Assembly (NCBI GenBank): GCA_963832165.1
Contig: CAWHTE010000004.1
Coordinates: 160,001 to 224,000, forward strand
Direction: 5' to 3'
Source of the DNA: an uncultured delta proteobacterium
GTDB taxonomy: Bacteria; Myxococcota_A; UBA9160; SMWR01
DNA: 64,000 nucleotides
In this document: in pieces, positions 31,734-41,484 of the stretch
How the letters are laid out: each line of letters opens with the position of its first letter
Numbering within the stretch: the stretch's first letter is position 1
The notes under the pieces: model-generated
What the model saw: the letters and a program-made list of their open reading frames with translations, nothing else
Told to the model about the DNA's origin: nothing
Database searches by the model: none
Made by a program: the position numbers and the translations under genes

Positions 31734-32827
31734 GCGCGCACGCGGGAGCCGCGCCGCTGCGTGCGAGCGCGGACTGGTACGACTGGACCTGGCAGATGCG
31801 CAACCGCGTCCGCACCGCGGATGAGCTCGAGCGCTTCCTCGAGCCCACGGCCGAGGAGCGCGCGGGCATCGAGCAGCTCGCGGAGCGCTTCCACTTCGTG
31901 ATCACGCCGTACTACGCGTCGCTGATGGATCCCGGCGATCCCGCGTGCCCGATCCGCCGCCAGGTCGTTCCGCACGTCGCCGAGCTCGGCGATCCGGCCG
32001 GGCTCGCCGATCCGCTCGACGAGGTCGCGCATTCGCCGGTCAAGAACGTGATCCGCGTCTACCGCGACCGGATCGCGTTCTGCGTGAACAACGAGTGCGC
32101 GCTCTACTGCCGCTTCTGCCTGCGCAAGCGCATGGTGGGCGAGCCCGAATGGGCGATGAAGAAGCGCGAGCTCGAGGTGGCGCTCGACTGGATCCGCGCG
32201 ACGCCCGAGATCCGCGACGTGCTGCTCACGGGCGGCGACCCGCTCGTGTTCTCGGACGAGCGGCTCGGCTGGCTGCTCGGGGAGCTGCGCGCGATCCCGC
32301 ACGTGGAGATCGTGCGGCTCGGCACCCGGCTGCCGGTGACGCTGCCGTTCCGCGTCACCGACGAGCTGTGCCGCATGCTCGCGCGTTCCATCCGCTCTGG
32401 CTCAACACGCACTTCAACCACCCGAAGGAGCTCACGCCCGAGGCCGCGGACGCGCTCGCGCGGCTCGCGGACGCGGGGATTCCGATCGGGAACCAGAGCG
32501 TGCTCCTGCGCGGCATCAACGACGACGTGGCGACGATGCAGGCGCTGTGCGAAGGGCTCGTGCGCCTGCGCGTCCGGCCCTACTACTGCTACCAGGCGCA
32601 GCTGCTCGAGGGCACCGCGCACTTCCGCGTGCCGATCGAAGACGGGCGTCGCGCTGTTCCGCGCGCTGCGCGGCCGCACGAGCGGCTTCGCGATCCCGCA
32701 GTACGTCCTCGACACGCCGTACGGAAAGGTCCCGCTCGCCCATCCCTATCTGCGCGGGCGCGAGGGCGACGACGTCGTCGTGGAGACCTACGACGGCCGG
32801 ATCTGGCGCGAGCCGAACCCGCGATAG
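31730..32827 (+). CDS. KamA-family radical SAM enzyme (lysine 2,3-aminomutase-like); compensating frameshifts ~32386 and ~32641
   Basis: DWTWQMRN, CALYCRFCLRKR, LLTGGDPL, THFNHPKE, NQSVLLRGINDD, YVLDTPYGK. Confidence 0.85.
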   Translation: MSAHAGAAPLRASADWYDWTWQMRNRVRTADELERFLEPTAEERAGIEQLAERFHFVITPYYASLMDPGDPACPIRRQVVPHVAELGDPAGLADPLDEVAHSPVKNVIRVYRDRIAFCVNNECALYCRFCLRKRMVGEPEWAMKKRELEVALDWIRATPEIRDVLLTGGDPLVFSDERLGWLLGELRAIPHVEIVRLGTRLPVTLPFRVTDELCRMLARSIRSGSTRTSTTRRSSRPRPRTRSRGSRTRGFRSGTRACSCAASTTTWRRCRRCAKGSCACASGPTTATRRSCSRAPRTSACRSKTGVALFRALRGRTSGFAIPQYVLDTPYGKVPLAHPYLRGREGDDVVVETYDGRIWREPNPR

Positions 32828-32843
32828 CTGGCATAATCGGGGC

Positions 32844-34408
32844 GTGGGGGGAACGCCCGCAAAGCGTCCGGGCGCGAGGGTCGGACTGGTCGCCCTCGTG
32901 CTCGCCGGCAGTGTCGCGCTCTCGCGCGTGCTCGGCGTCGCGCGCGAGATGGTGCTGTCGCGCGTGCTCGGCAACGGCGCGGAGGTGGACGCCTACCGCG
33001 CCGCGTTCATGCTGCCCGACCTGCTGAACTACCTGCTCGCCGGCGGCGTGCTGTCGATCGTGTTCATCCCGTTCTACACGCGGGTGCGCGAGCGGGAGGG
33101 CGATCGCGGCCGCGGACCGCTTCCTGGCGCTCGTATTCGGCTCGACCGGGCTGCTCGCGATCGCTGGGAACGCTCGCGATGTGGCTCGCGGCGGACCGGC
33201 TGGTCGCGCTGCAGTTCGGCTTTCCCGCGGAGCAGGCCGCACAGACCGCGCGCCTGACGCGGATCCTGTTGCCCGCACAGATCTTCTTCGTCGCGGGCGG
33301 CGTGTTGCGCGGCGCACTGATGGCGCGCGGCCACTTCGTCTCGCAGACGCTCGCGCCCGTGATCTACAACCTCGCGATCATCGCGGGCGGGCTCGCGTTC
33401 GGCCGCCAGCTCGGCGCCGAGGGCTTCGCGTGGGGCGCGGTGGCGGGCGCCGTGCTGGGCGCGTTCGGGACCGCGTGGGTCGAGGCGCGCCGCGCGTTCC
33501 ATCTGCGCGTGCGGATCGATCTGCGCGATCCCGCGCTGCACCGCTACATCGCAGCCGCCGTTCCGCTCGTGCTCGGCGCCACGATGGTCACCGTGGACGA
33601 GTGGTACGACAAATGGTTCGGGGCGCGGCTCGCGGAAGGCAGCATCTCGGCGCTCACCTACGCGCGGCAGCTCATGCTGTTGCCCGTCGCGATGATCGGT
33701 CAGGCGATCGCGACCGCCGCGCTCCCGACGCTCGCGCGCCTCTCGTCCGAGGGCCGCGAAGCGGAGCTCAACGAGACGCTGCTCGGCGCGCTGCGCGCGG
33801 GGCTCGCGCTGTCATGCGCGGCCGCAGCGGTCGCGTTCGGCTTCGCCGAGCCGATCGTGCGGCTGCTCTACGAGGGCGGGCGGTTCGGCGCGAGCGACAC
33901 GCAGCGCGTCGCCGGCCTGTTGCAGCTCTTCGCGCTCGCGGTGCCGGCGTGGATCGGCCAGCAGATCGCCGTGCGCGGGTTCTATGCGCGCGGCGAGACC
34001 TGGCAGCCGATGTGGCTCGGCACCGCGATCGCGGTCGCGGCGGCGGGGCTCTACTGGACACTCGGCCAGCGCTACGGCGCGACCGGACTCGCGGTCGCGG
34101 GTGTGCTCGCGATGAACGTCAACGCGCTCGCGACGCTTGCGCTGCTGCGCGGCGCCACGGCGGGCCCGCGCTCGCCGCGATCGCGAGCACCACGGCGCGC
34201 GCAGCGCTGATCGCCGGGGTCGCGGGTGTCGCCGCAGCCGCGGTTCCGCGCGCTGGGATCGGGCAAGATCGGCGCCGTGGTCGACCTCGCGGTCGGCGGC
34301 GGCGTGTTCGGGGCCATCGCGTTCGCGGGCGTGCAGGTCGTCGGCGATGATTCGCTGCGCAGCGCCCTGCGCGGAATCACGCGCCGGTTGCTGCGCGGGA
34401 AACGATGA
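32844..34408 (+). CDS. murJ: Lipid II flippase MurJ (four apparent indels)
   Basis: [49 protein letters not shown]; frame changes ~33105, 33169, 34148, 34262. Confidence 0.85.
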
Positions 34409-37400
34409 CCGGAACCTGGTCGTTCTGGATCGATCGCGGCGGCACGTTCACCGATGGCATCGGCGTGGCGCCCGACGGCGCGCTGCACATCGCGAAGGTG
34501 CTGTCTTCCGACGAGGCGCCGGCGCAGCTCGTGCGACAGGTGCTCGAACGCGCCGGCGCGCTCGCGCCGGGTGCTGTGCCACCGCACGTGCGCGTCGAGC
34601 TCGGCACGACCGTCGCGACGAACGCGCTGCTCGAGCGGCGCGGGGTATCCGACGCTGTTCGTCACCAACGCGGGCTTCGGCGACCTGCTCGCGATCGGCA
34701 CCCAGGAGCGGCCCGAGCTGTTCGAGCTCGCGATCCGCAAGCCCGCGCCGCTGCCGAGCGCCGTGCTCGAAGTGCGCGGGCGCGTCGGTGCGCGACGGCG
34801 AGGTCGTCGAGCCGCCCGATCTCGCGGCGGCACGCGATGCGCTCGCGCAGGCGCGCGCGCAGGGACACCGCGCGGTGGCGATCGCGCTGATCCACGCGAC
34901 CGCGTATCCGGAGATGGAGCGCGCGCTCGCGGTGCTCGCGCGCGAGGTCGGCTTCGAGCACGTCGCGGTTTCGCACGAGGTCGCGAACGAAGCGGGCCTG
35001 CTCGCGCGCGCCGAGACCACCGCCGTCGACGCGTATCTCACGCCGCTGTTGCGCGGACACGCCGCGGCGCTGCGCGCGGCGCTGCCCGACGCACAGCTGC
35101 GCTTCATGCAGTCTTCGGGCGGCCTGACCGACGCGGAGCGCTTCCGCGGCCCGAACGCGCTGCTCTCGGGTCCGGCCGGCGGCGTGGTCGGAGCCACCTT
35201 CGTCGCCGAGCGCGCGGGCTTCGCGCGCGCGGTCGGCTTCGACATGGGCGGCACCTCGACCGACGTCTCGCTGCTCGAGCCCGGCGATCTGCCGCGCAGC
35301 TTCGAGACCGTGGTCGGGGGCGTGCGCGTGAAGGCGCCGATGCTGCGCGTGCACACGGTCGCAGCCGGCGGAGGCTCGCTGTGCCGGTTCGACGGCTTCC
35401 GCTTCACGGTCGGTCCCGAGAGCGCGGGCGCGTTGCCGGGGCCGCTCTGTTATGGGCACGAGGGCGCGCGCGAGATCGCGCTCACGGACGCGAACCTCGC
35501 GCTCGGCCGCGTGCAGCCCGACCGCTTTCCGTTTCCGCTCGCGCGCGAGCGCGTCGACGCCGCGCTCGCACAGCGTGTGCGCGGTGCTGCGCGCAGCGGG
35601 CCTCGAGCGGACGCCGGAACAGGTCGCAGCGGGCTTCGTCGAAGTCGCGAACGCGAGCATGGCGCAGGCGATCGCACAGGTGTCGATCGCGCGTGGCGTC
35701 GACCCGCGCGCGTGCGCGCTCGTGGGCTTCGGCGGCGCGGGTGGCCAGCACGTGTGTGCGGTCGCGCGATCGCTCGGGATGAAGACGGTGCTCTTGCACC
35801 CGCTCGCGGGGGTCCTGTCGGCCTGGGGGATCGGAATCTCGGGCGCGAGCTGGGACGGGCAGCGCGACGCGCGGCGCGCGGCGCTGCCGGCCGCTCCCGC
35901 ATCGCTGCCCGAGCCCGTGCTCGCGGCGCTTCGCGAGCTCGAGCGGGAAGGGCGCGCCGCGCTGATCGCGGAGGGCATTGCCCCGGACGAGATCCTCGTC
36001 GAGCGGCGCCTCGATCTGCGCCACGTGGGCACGGAGACCGCGCTCGCCGTGGCCGAGCCCGCGCAGGGACACTGGGCGGCTGCGTTTGCGCACGAGCACC
36101 TCGCGCGCTTCGGCTACACGCGGCCGGAGCACCCGATCGAGATCACGGCGGCGCGCGTGCGCGTGTTCGAGCGCGGCGCGGCTCCACCGCTTGTCCGGGC
36201 CGCGACGAGCGCAGCGGCGGCTCCGCCCGCAGTACGGCGCAGCGAGCCCGTCTGGTTCCCCGCGCTCGGCCGCATCGCGACGCCCGTGTACTGGCGCGAG
36301 GACCTCGCACCGGGTCACGAGCTCGCGGGCCCCGCGCTGATCCTCGAAGCCACCGGCACCGTGGTGCTCGAGCCCGGGTTCGCGCTGCGCGTCGACGGCG
36401 AGGGCGTGCTGCATCTGCGCGACGAGCAAGGAGGCCGAGGAAGTCGGCCGACGCGCAGCGAGCCGGAGGCGAGCGAAGGCGGGCCCCTGCACGAGCAGGG
36501 AGCAGCCGCGGTCGAGCCCGCGCGCGACGCGGCGGATCCCGTGCGACTCGAGGTGTTCGGCAATCGCTGCATGTCGATCGCGGAGCAGATGGGTGCGGTG
36601 CTCCGAAACACCTCGATCTCGACCAACATCAAGGAGCGGCTCGACTACTCGTGCGCCGTGTTCGACGCCGAGGGCGGGCTCGTCGCCAACGCGCCGCACA
36701 TTCCGGTGCACCTGGGTGCGATGGCCGAGACGGTGGCGGTCGTGCGCCAGCGCTTCCCCGATCTCGCCGCGGGCGATGCCGTGGTCACCAACGATCCGTT
36801 CGCGGGCGGCTCGCATCTGCCAGACGTCACGGTCGTGACGCCCGTGTTCGCGGGCGGCAGCTCGCCGAGCTTCTTCGTGGCAAGCCGCGGCCACCACGCG
36901 GACATCGGCGGCACGACCCCGGGCTCGATGCCCGCCGACGCGACCTCGCTCGAAGAGGAGGGCGTGCTGATCGAGCCATTCCGCGTCGTGCGCGCGGGCC
37001 ACTTCGACGAGGCGCGCCTGCGCGCGCTCCTCACGGGCGCGCGCTATCCCGCGCGCCGGCCCGACGACAACGTGGCGGAGCTCACCGCGATGATTGCGGC
37101 CAACCGGGCGGGCGCGCGCCTGCTCGAGAGCTGGGTGGAAGAGCAGGGGCTCGCACCGATCGCCGCGACGATGCGGGAGCTCCAGGTCGCCGCCGCCGGA
37201 AAGGTGCGCCGCGAGATCGCGCGGCTGCCCGACGGAGAGCACCGTTTCGCCGATCAGATGGACGACGGCACGCCCGTGGCCGTGAAGCTCGTGGTCGCGG
37301 GCGATCGCATGACGATCGACTTCGCGGGCACGGGCCCCGCGGTCGCGGGCAACCTGAACGCGCCGCGCGCGGTGGTGCAGGCGGCCGTGATCTACGTGCT

Positions 37401-38064
37401 GCGCAGCCTCGTGGCCGAGCGCATCCCGCTGAACGGCGGCTGCCTCGAGCCCGTGACGATCGAGGTTCCGCGCGGCTCGCTGCTCGATCCGCCGCGCGGG
37501 CATGCGGTCTCGGGCGGAAACGTCGAGACCTCTCAGCGGGTCGTGGACGTGCTGCTCGGCGCGATCGGCCGCGCCGCGGCGAGTCAGGGCACGATGAACA
37601 ACGTCGCGTTCGGCGACGAGACGTTCGGCTACTACGAGACGATCGGCGGCGGTGCGGGCGCGGGGCCCGGCTTCGACGGCGCGTCGGGCGTGCACACCCA
37701 CATGACCAACACGCGCATCACCGATCCGGAGATCCTCGAAACGCGCCATCCGGTGCGACTCGTCGCATTCGCGCTGCGGCGCGGCTCCGGCGGGGCGGGG
37801 CGCTTCCGCGGCGGCGACGGGCTCGTGCGCCGATATCGGTTCCTCGCGCCGCTCACCGCGTCGCTGCTCACGGAGCGGCGCGTGCGTGCGCCATACGGTC
37901 TCGAGGGCGGGTCACCTGGCGCGTGCGGACGCAACGCCATCGTGCGCTCGGACGGACGCGTCGAAGAGCTGCCGTCGCGCGCGGTGGTAGTGCTCGCGCC
38001 CGACGACGAGCTCGTGATCGAGACACCCGGTGGCGGCGGCTACGGCGCACCGCGCGGCGCGTGA
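34405..38064 (+). CDS. 5-oxoprolinase / hydantoinase A+B fusion (three apparent indels)
   Basis: [63 protein letters not shown]. Confidence 0.9.
36426..36480 (+). repeat. Dispersed mini-hairpin repeat, copy F, in frame in the oxoprolinase A/B linker
   Basis: GCAAGGAGGCCGAGGAAGTCGGCCGACGCGCAGCGAGCCGGAGGCGAGCGAAGGC encodes [18 protein letters not shown]. Confidence 0.8.
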
Positions 38065-38106
38065 GCCACTTGCCCCGACGGCGATGGCTCTCTAAGGTCG
38101 GCCCCG

Positions 38107-38182
38107 GGGCGCGTAGCTCAGTTGGTAGAGCAAGGGACTCTTAATCCCTAGGTCGAAGGTTCGAGCCCTTCCGCGCTCACCA
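38107..38182 (+). tRNA. tRNA-Lys(CTT)
   Basis: Cloverleaf GGGCGCG/CGCGCTC, anticodon arm AGGGA-CTCTTAA-TCCCT, GGTTCGA T loop, encoded CCA. Confidence 0.95.
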
Positions 38183-39122
38183 TTGAATCAATGGGTTACG
38201 CGCACTCGGCTCGGAGCGGATTCCGCCACGTAAGCACCACGTAAGCGGATGGAGCGTGTTCACCCGCGGGTGTCCATGGGGTTCCGCCGCGACGCGGGGG
38301 TCCATGAGGTGATGTTCGCTCATGGGCTTCAACGTGGCGCAATTCGTTCATGGGCTCGCGGTCGAACTCGCGAGCAAGCGACGGCATCGATGAGCTTCAG
38401 CCAGAGAGTGATATTGCTCGCGGTCGCTTGTCTCTTTGCTTGCGGGGCCAAGGTCGAACGAATCGGCCCGGATATCGCCATTGTGGCGGCGACCGTACCG
38501 GGCAGTGTCTCGGAAGTAGCAACTACACTCCGCCGTTCGAAGACTCTAACGCAGGAAGGCGTTGCAAAGGATTTTTGTGGTTACTGGGTTAGAGGACTTA
38601 GATCTGGTGAAAGACGATGCGTCCGCTAGAGATCCGTCCGCTGATAATCTCAATAACCCAGAAGTGGAACGATATTTGGCGCTGCCGTCCGAGCGGCGAA
38701 GGGAAGATATATTCCTCGAGAATTTGGGGGCGTCCTTTTGGATCTCGGAATACGTGGTGGACGGGAAACCAGCTCCCTTTTCGTGCAGCTTCATTCTCCA
38801 CCTAGAGCCCGACGGCGACCAGCGGACTCGGGTCGTGGTGCTGGAGTACCAGCCGCGAGTTGACGTTGGGTCGAAGATCGACCTAACGCACCACGGCTTT
38901 GTGCTCGTACCCGACCTGCAAATCGTTCCACCGACTACTCGCGATCGCGTGGAAGTGTTGGAGCGAGTGCAGAACGTGATCTCTGATTCGGAATAAGGGG
39001 GTCACGATCGCGGGTCTGATTGTCCTTTCCGCTCGCGCAGATCGCGCGGATAGGTACGCATCGACTCCGAGTGGGCGGTCACAAAAGTGACACTTCACGC
39101 GCGCGCGAACCCGCGCTCACCA
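38183..39122. mobile_element. Small tRNA-Lys-anchored islet, no integrase
   Basis: CCGCGCTCACCA at 38171-38182 repeated at 39111-39122; visibly lower GC; tandem CCACGTAAGC at 38226 and 38237. Confidence 0.55.
38390..38996 (+). CDS. Hypothetical lipoprotein (frameshift in T-run ~38575)
   Basis: MSFSQRVILLAVACLFAC lipobox; continues into ORF 38562-38996 after a frame change. Confidence 0.55.
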
Positions 39123-39280
39123 GTTTCTCCAGGCCTTCGAGGCCCGGGCTTCCGAAGACGGCGCAGATCGAGCGATGAAATCTCCTCGAGATCGCGATCC
39201 GTCTTCTTCGAAGCAAACCGAGCGCGGGCCACGCAGCCGTCCAATCGGCGGTAGCTAAGAAAGCGCAATATTCTAAGTTC

Positions 39281-39331
39281 ATCAAGCATTCTATTTAAGT
39301 GCTTGATAAAGCAAGCAAACCGAGGGATACT
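39281..39331 (+). promoter_or_regulatory. Promoter with overlapping operator-like inverted repeat
   Basis: TTGATA (39303) N17 GATACT (39326); inverted repeat ATCAAGCA N11 TGCTTGAT (39281-39307) overlaps the -35. Confidence 0.6.
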
Positions 39332-39337
39332 GGGCCG

Positions 39338-39733
39338 ATGCGAAGCGGCACCAAACGGCGTGGCAAGCGCGCCGAGTTCGTCGCGCGATCCTCCGAGCTG
39401 GGCGCGCTCCTCTCCGATTTGCGCAGGGCGAAGGGACTCACGTTGCGCGAGGTGGAGGAAGCTGCGGACAAGGCGGTCTCGAATGCCTATCTGAGCCAGC
39501 TCGAGAATGGGAAGATCCGCAAGCCCTCTCCCAACGTGTTGTACAGCCTCTCCGAGGTCTATGCCGTGCCGTACGACACGTTGATGGAGAAGGCCGGATA
39601 CCTGTCGCCCACTCAGAATGGAAGTGGACGCCGCAAGAGGTTGACGGCCTTCGCGATCGACGACCTGACCGCCGAGGAGGAGGAAGAGCTGCTCAAGTAC
39701 CTGGCGTTCCTCCGCTCCCGAACTTCTTCATGA
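39338..39733 (+). CDS. XRE-family HTH transcriptional regulator
   Basis: LRRAKGLTLREV...SNAYLSQLENGKIRKPS; short C-terminal helix LTAEEEEELLKYLAFLR. Confidence 0.9.
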   Translation: MRSGTKRRGKRAEFVARSSELGALLSDLRRAKGLTLREVEEAADKAVSNAYLSQLENGKIRKPSPNVLYSLSEVYAVPYDTLMEKAGYLSPTQNGSGRRKRLTAFAIDDLTAEEEEELLKYLAFLRSRTSS

Positions 39734-40209
39734 CATCGCTGCCCGGAGTATCCAACGTGACTCAAGCCCGCGTATACGTCAGCTTCGATATCGACCACGA
39801 CCGGGAGCTCTACGAACGGCTTCTGGCTCAGTCTGGAGACTCGAGCTTCTGTGTCTCGGGCCGATCCGAGTTGGCGATCACGGCCGACGCATGGACCGAC
39901 CACGTGCGCAGTCGAATCCGCGATGCGGACGAGGTGATCGTCATTTGCGGCGAGCACACCGAGTCGTCGCCGCGCATGAGCGCCGAGCTGCGGATCGCGC
40001 AAGAGGAGTCCACACCCTACTTCCTCCTCTGGGGTCGACGCGGGATGCTGTGCACGAAGCCGGTGGGAGCGAAGCCCCTGGAGGGGATGTACAAGTGGAC
40101 GCGGGAGATCCTGGAAGATCAGGTCGCCATCGCCCTGCGCCGCGCGCGCGCGCTGGAACCGACCTCCGCGGTCTCTGCGAGCACCGATCGCGGATCGGCC
40201 ATCGGGTGA
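39730..40209 (+). CDS. TIR-like domain protein (MTH538/DUF1863, ThsB-like)
   Basis: RVYVSFD, W...VRSRIRDADEVIVICGEHT, SAEL (Glu at the usual catalytic position), YKWT; ATGA overlap with the HTH gene. Confidence 0.7.
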   Translation: MTSLPGVSNVTQARVYVSFDIDHDRELYERLLAQSGDSSFCVSGRSELAITADAWTDHVRSRIRDADEVIVICGEHTESSPRMSAELRIAQEESTPYFLLWGRRGMLCTKPVGAKPLEGMYKWTREILEDQVAIALRRARALEPTSAVSASTDRGSAIG

Positions 40210-40246
40210 TGCGCACCCGGCGACCACGCGAAGCACCCCGAAGCTT

Positions 40247-41293
40247 TCAATCGCTCGCTTCGATCGCCCGGATCGCCGCGAGGTCGCCGGCGATGCGCCG
40301 GTGCAGCGCACCGCCGGTGCGCCACATGTAACAGGAGTCGGTCATGCCGCCGCCCGCCATCATGCCGGGCCGCGGCGCGCCGGGCTGTCTCTGCCAGCGC
40401 TCCATCACCGCGGGCACGCATTGGATCAGCGTCGGCGCGAGGTTCAGCAGCGCGTCGAGCAGGGGGCGATCGGACTCGCGCGCACCCAGGCGCGCGAACA
40501 GCGCCGCGGCCATGCCCGCGAGCGCGCTCTTGCCCGCGAGGTCGGCGAGCGGCTCGCTGCGGTCGCGCCACTCGCCATAGAACGCGCCGCGGCCGCTCTC
40601 TCGCTCCGCGGCGCGCAGCGAACGCAGCACCATCGTGTCGGGATCGATCTCGGCCTGCGCGCGGATCTCGAGTCGGCTCGCGAGGCGCTCGAGCGGGTCG
40701 GTGTCGGCGCGCACCACGAGCGGAACGAAGTGGACGTCGGCCTGCTGCAGCGTGAGCTGGAGACCGTCCCTTCCCAACACGCCATCGACCGAGAGGCTGC
40801 GGTGGAAGATCCGCTGTCCGTCCGGACGCACCCGGCCGGCGTGGCGCTCGCGCTCGAGCGCGAGACCCGTCTGCGCCGTGGAGAGCAGGAGCTGCGCGAG
40901 CGTGAGCACGTGCGAGCAGCCGAGCGGGCCGCCCAGCGCCGCGGCAAGCCGGCGCGTCGCATCCGCGTCGAGTGGTGTGCCCACGAGCGCTTCGATGCGC
41001 GCGTGGGGATCGCGGCAGCACTCACCGCCCGTCGCGAGCGACGGCTCGAACGCGACGCTCGGTTGCTCGACACGAACCGAGGTGATGCGCGCCGCGGGCA
41101 GCTCGATCTCCGCGCGCACGTGCATGTCGTGGATCACGCCCGCGGTCTGCAGATCACTCGCCATCGGAACGAGACCGCGCTTGCGCACGTCGACGATCGC
41201 GCCATTCGCATCGACCCGGCCCGGATCCAGCTGCGTGAGCGCGACGACGAGCGTGCGGGTGTGTGCGGGGGCGCCGATCGCTTCGAGCTCCAT
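40247..41293 (-). CDS. DUF2889-like protein
   Basis: HTR, D.RK, IHDM, LGGPLGCSHV, DSCY motifs. Confidence 0.65.
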   Translation of the reverse strand: MELEAIGAPAHTRTLVVALTQLDPGRVDANGAIVDVRKRGLVPMASDLQTAGVIHDMHVRAEIELPAARITSVRVEQPSVAFEPSLATGGECCRDPHARIEALVGTPLDADATRRLAAALGGPLGCSHVLTLAQLLLSTAQTGLALERERHAGRVRPDGQRIFHRSLSVDGVLGRDGLQLTLQQADVHFVPLVVRADTDPLERLASRLEIRAQAEIDPDTMVLRSLRAAERESGRGAFYGEWRDRSEPLADLAGKSALAGMAAALFARLGARESDRPLLDALLNLAPTLIQCVPAVMERWQRQPGAPRPGMMAGGGMTDSCYMWRTGGALHRRIAGDLAAIRAIEASD

Positions 41294-41358
41294 GGCGGCG
41301 AGTGTCCGCGCCGCGATTGGCGTCCGCAAGCAAGCTCAGCCATCCTCGCGGACCCTGC

Positions 41359-41442
41359 GCCGGGGTGGCGGAACTGGCAGACGCGATGGCCTTAGAAGCC
41401 ATCGTCCGAGAGGGCGTGCAGGTTCGAATCCTGTCCCCGGCA
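41359..41442 (+). tRNA. tRNA-Leu(TAG)
   Basis: GCCGGGG/CCCCGGC stem, ATGGC-CTTAGAA-GCCAT, long variable arm; CCA not encoded; directly upstream of tig. Confidence 0.95.
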
Positions 41443-41484
41443 CCGCCTCCACCCCTCCTTTCCGACCACTCGAGGCCCACTCCG

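Noticed and set aside
30122..32827. 901-aa ORF ending in KamA
   Set aside because: The upstream part overlaps the VanZ and ATP-grasp genes in another frame; the likely start is ATG 31730.
31730..32827. Calling the radical SAM gene epmB or kamA outright
   Set aside because: No efp/epmA or lysine-fermentation context, so the substrate cannot be assigned from sequence.
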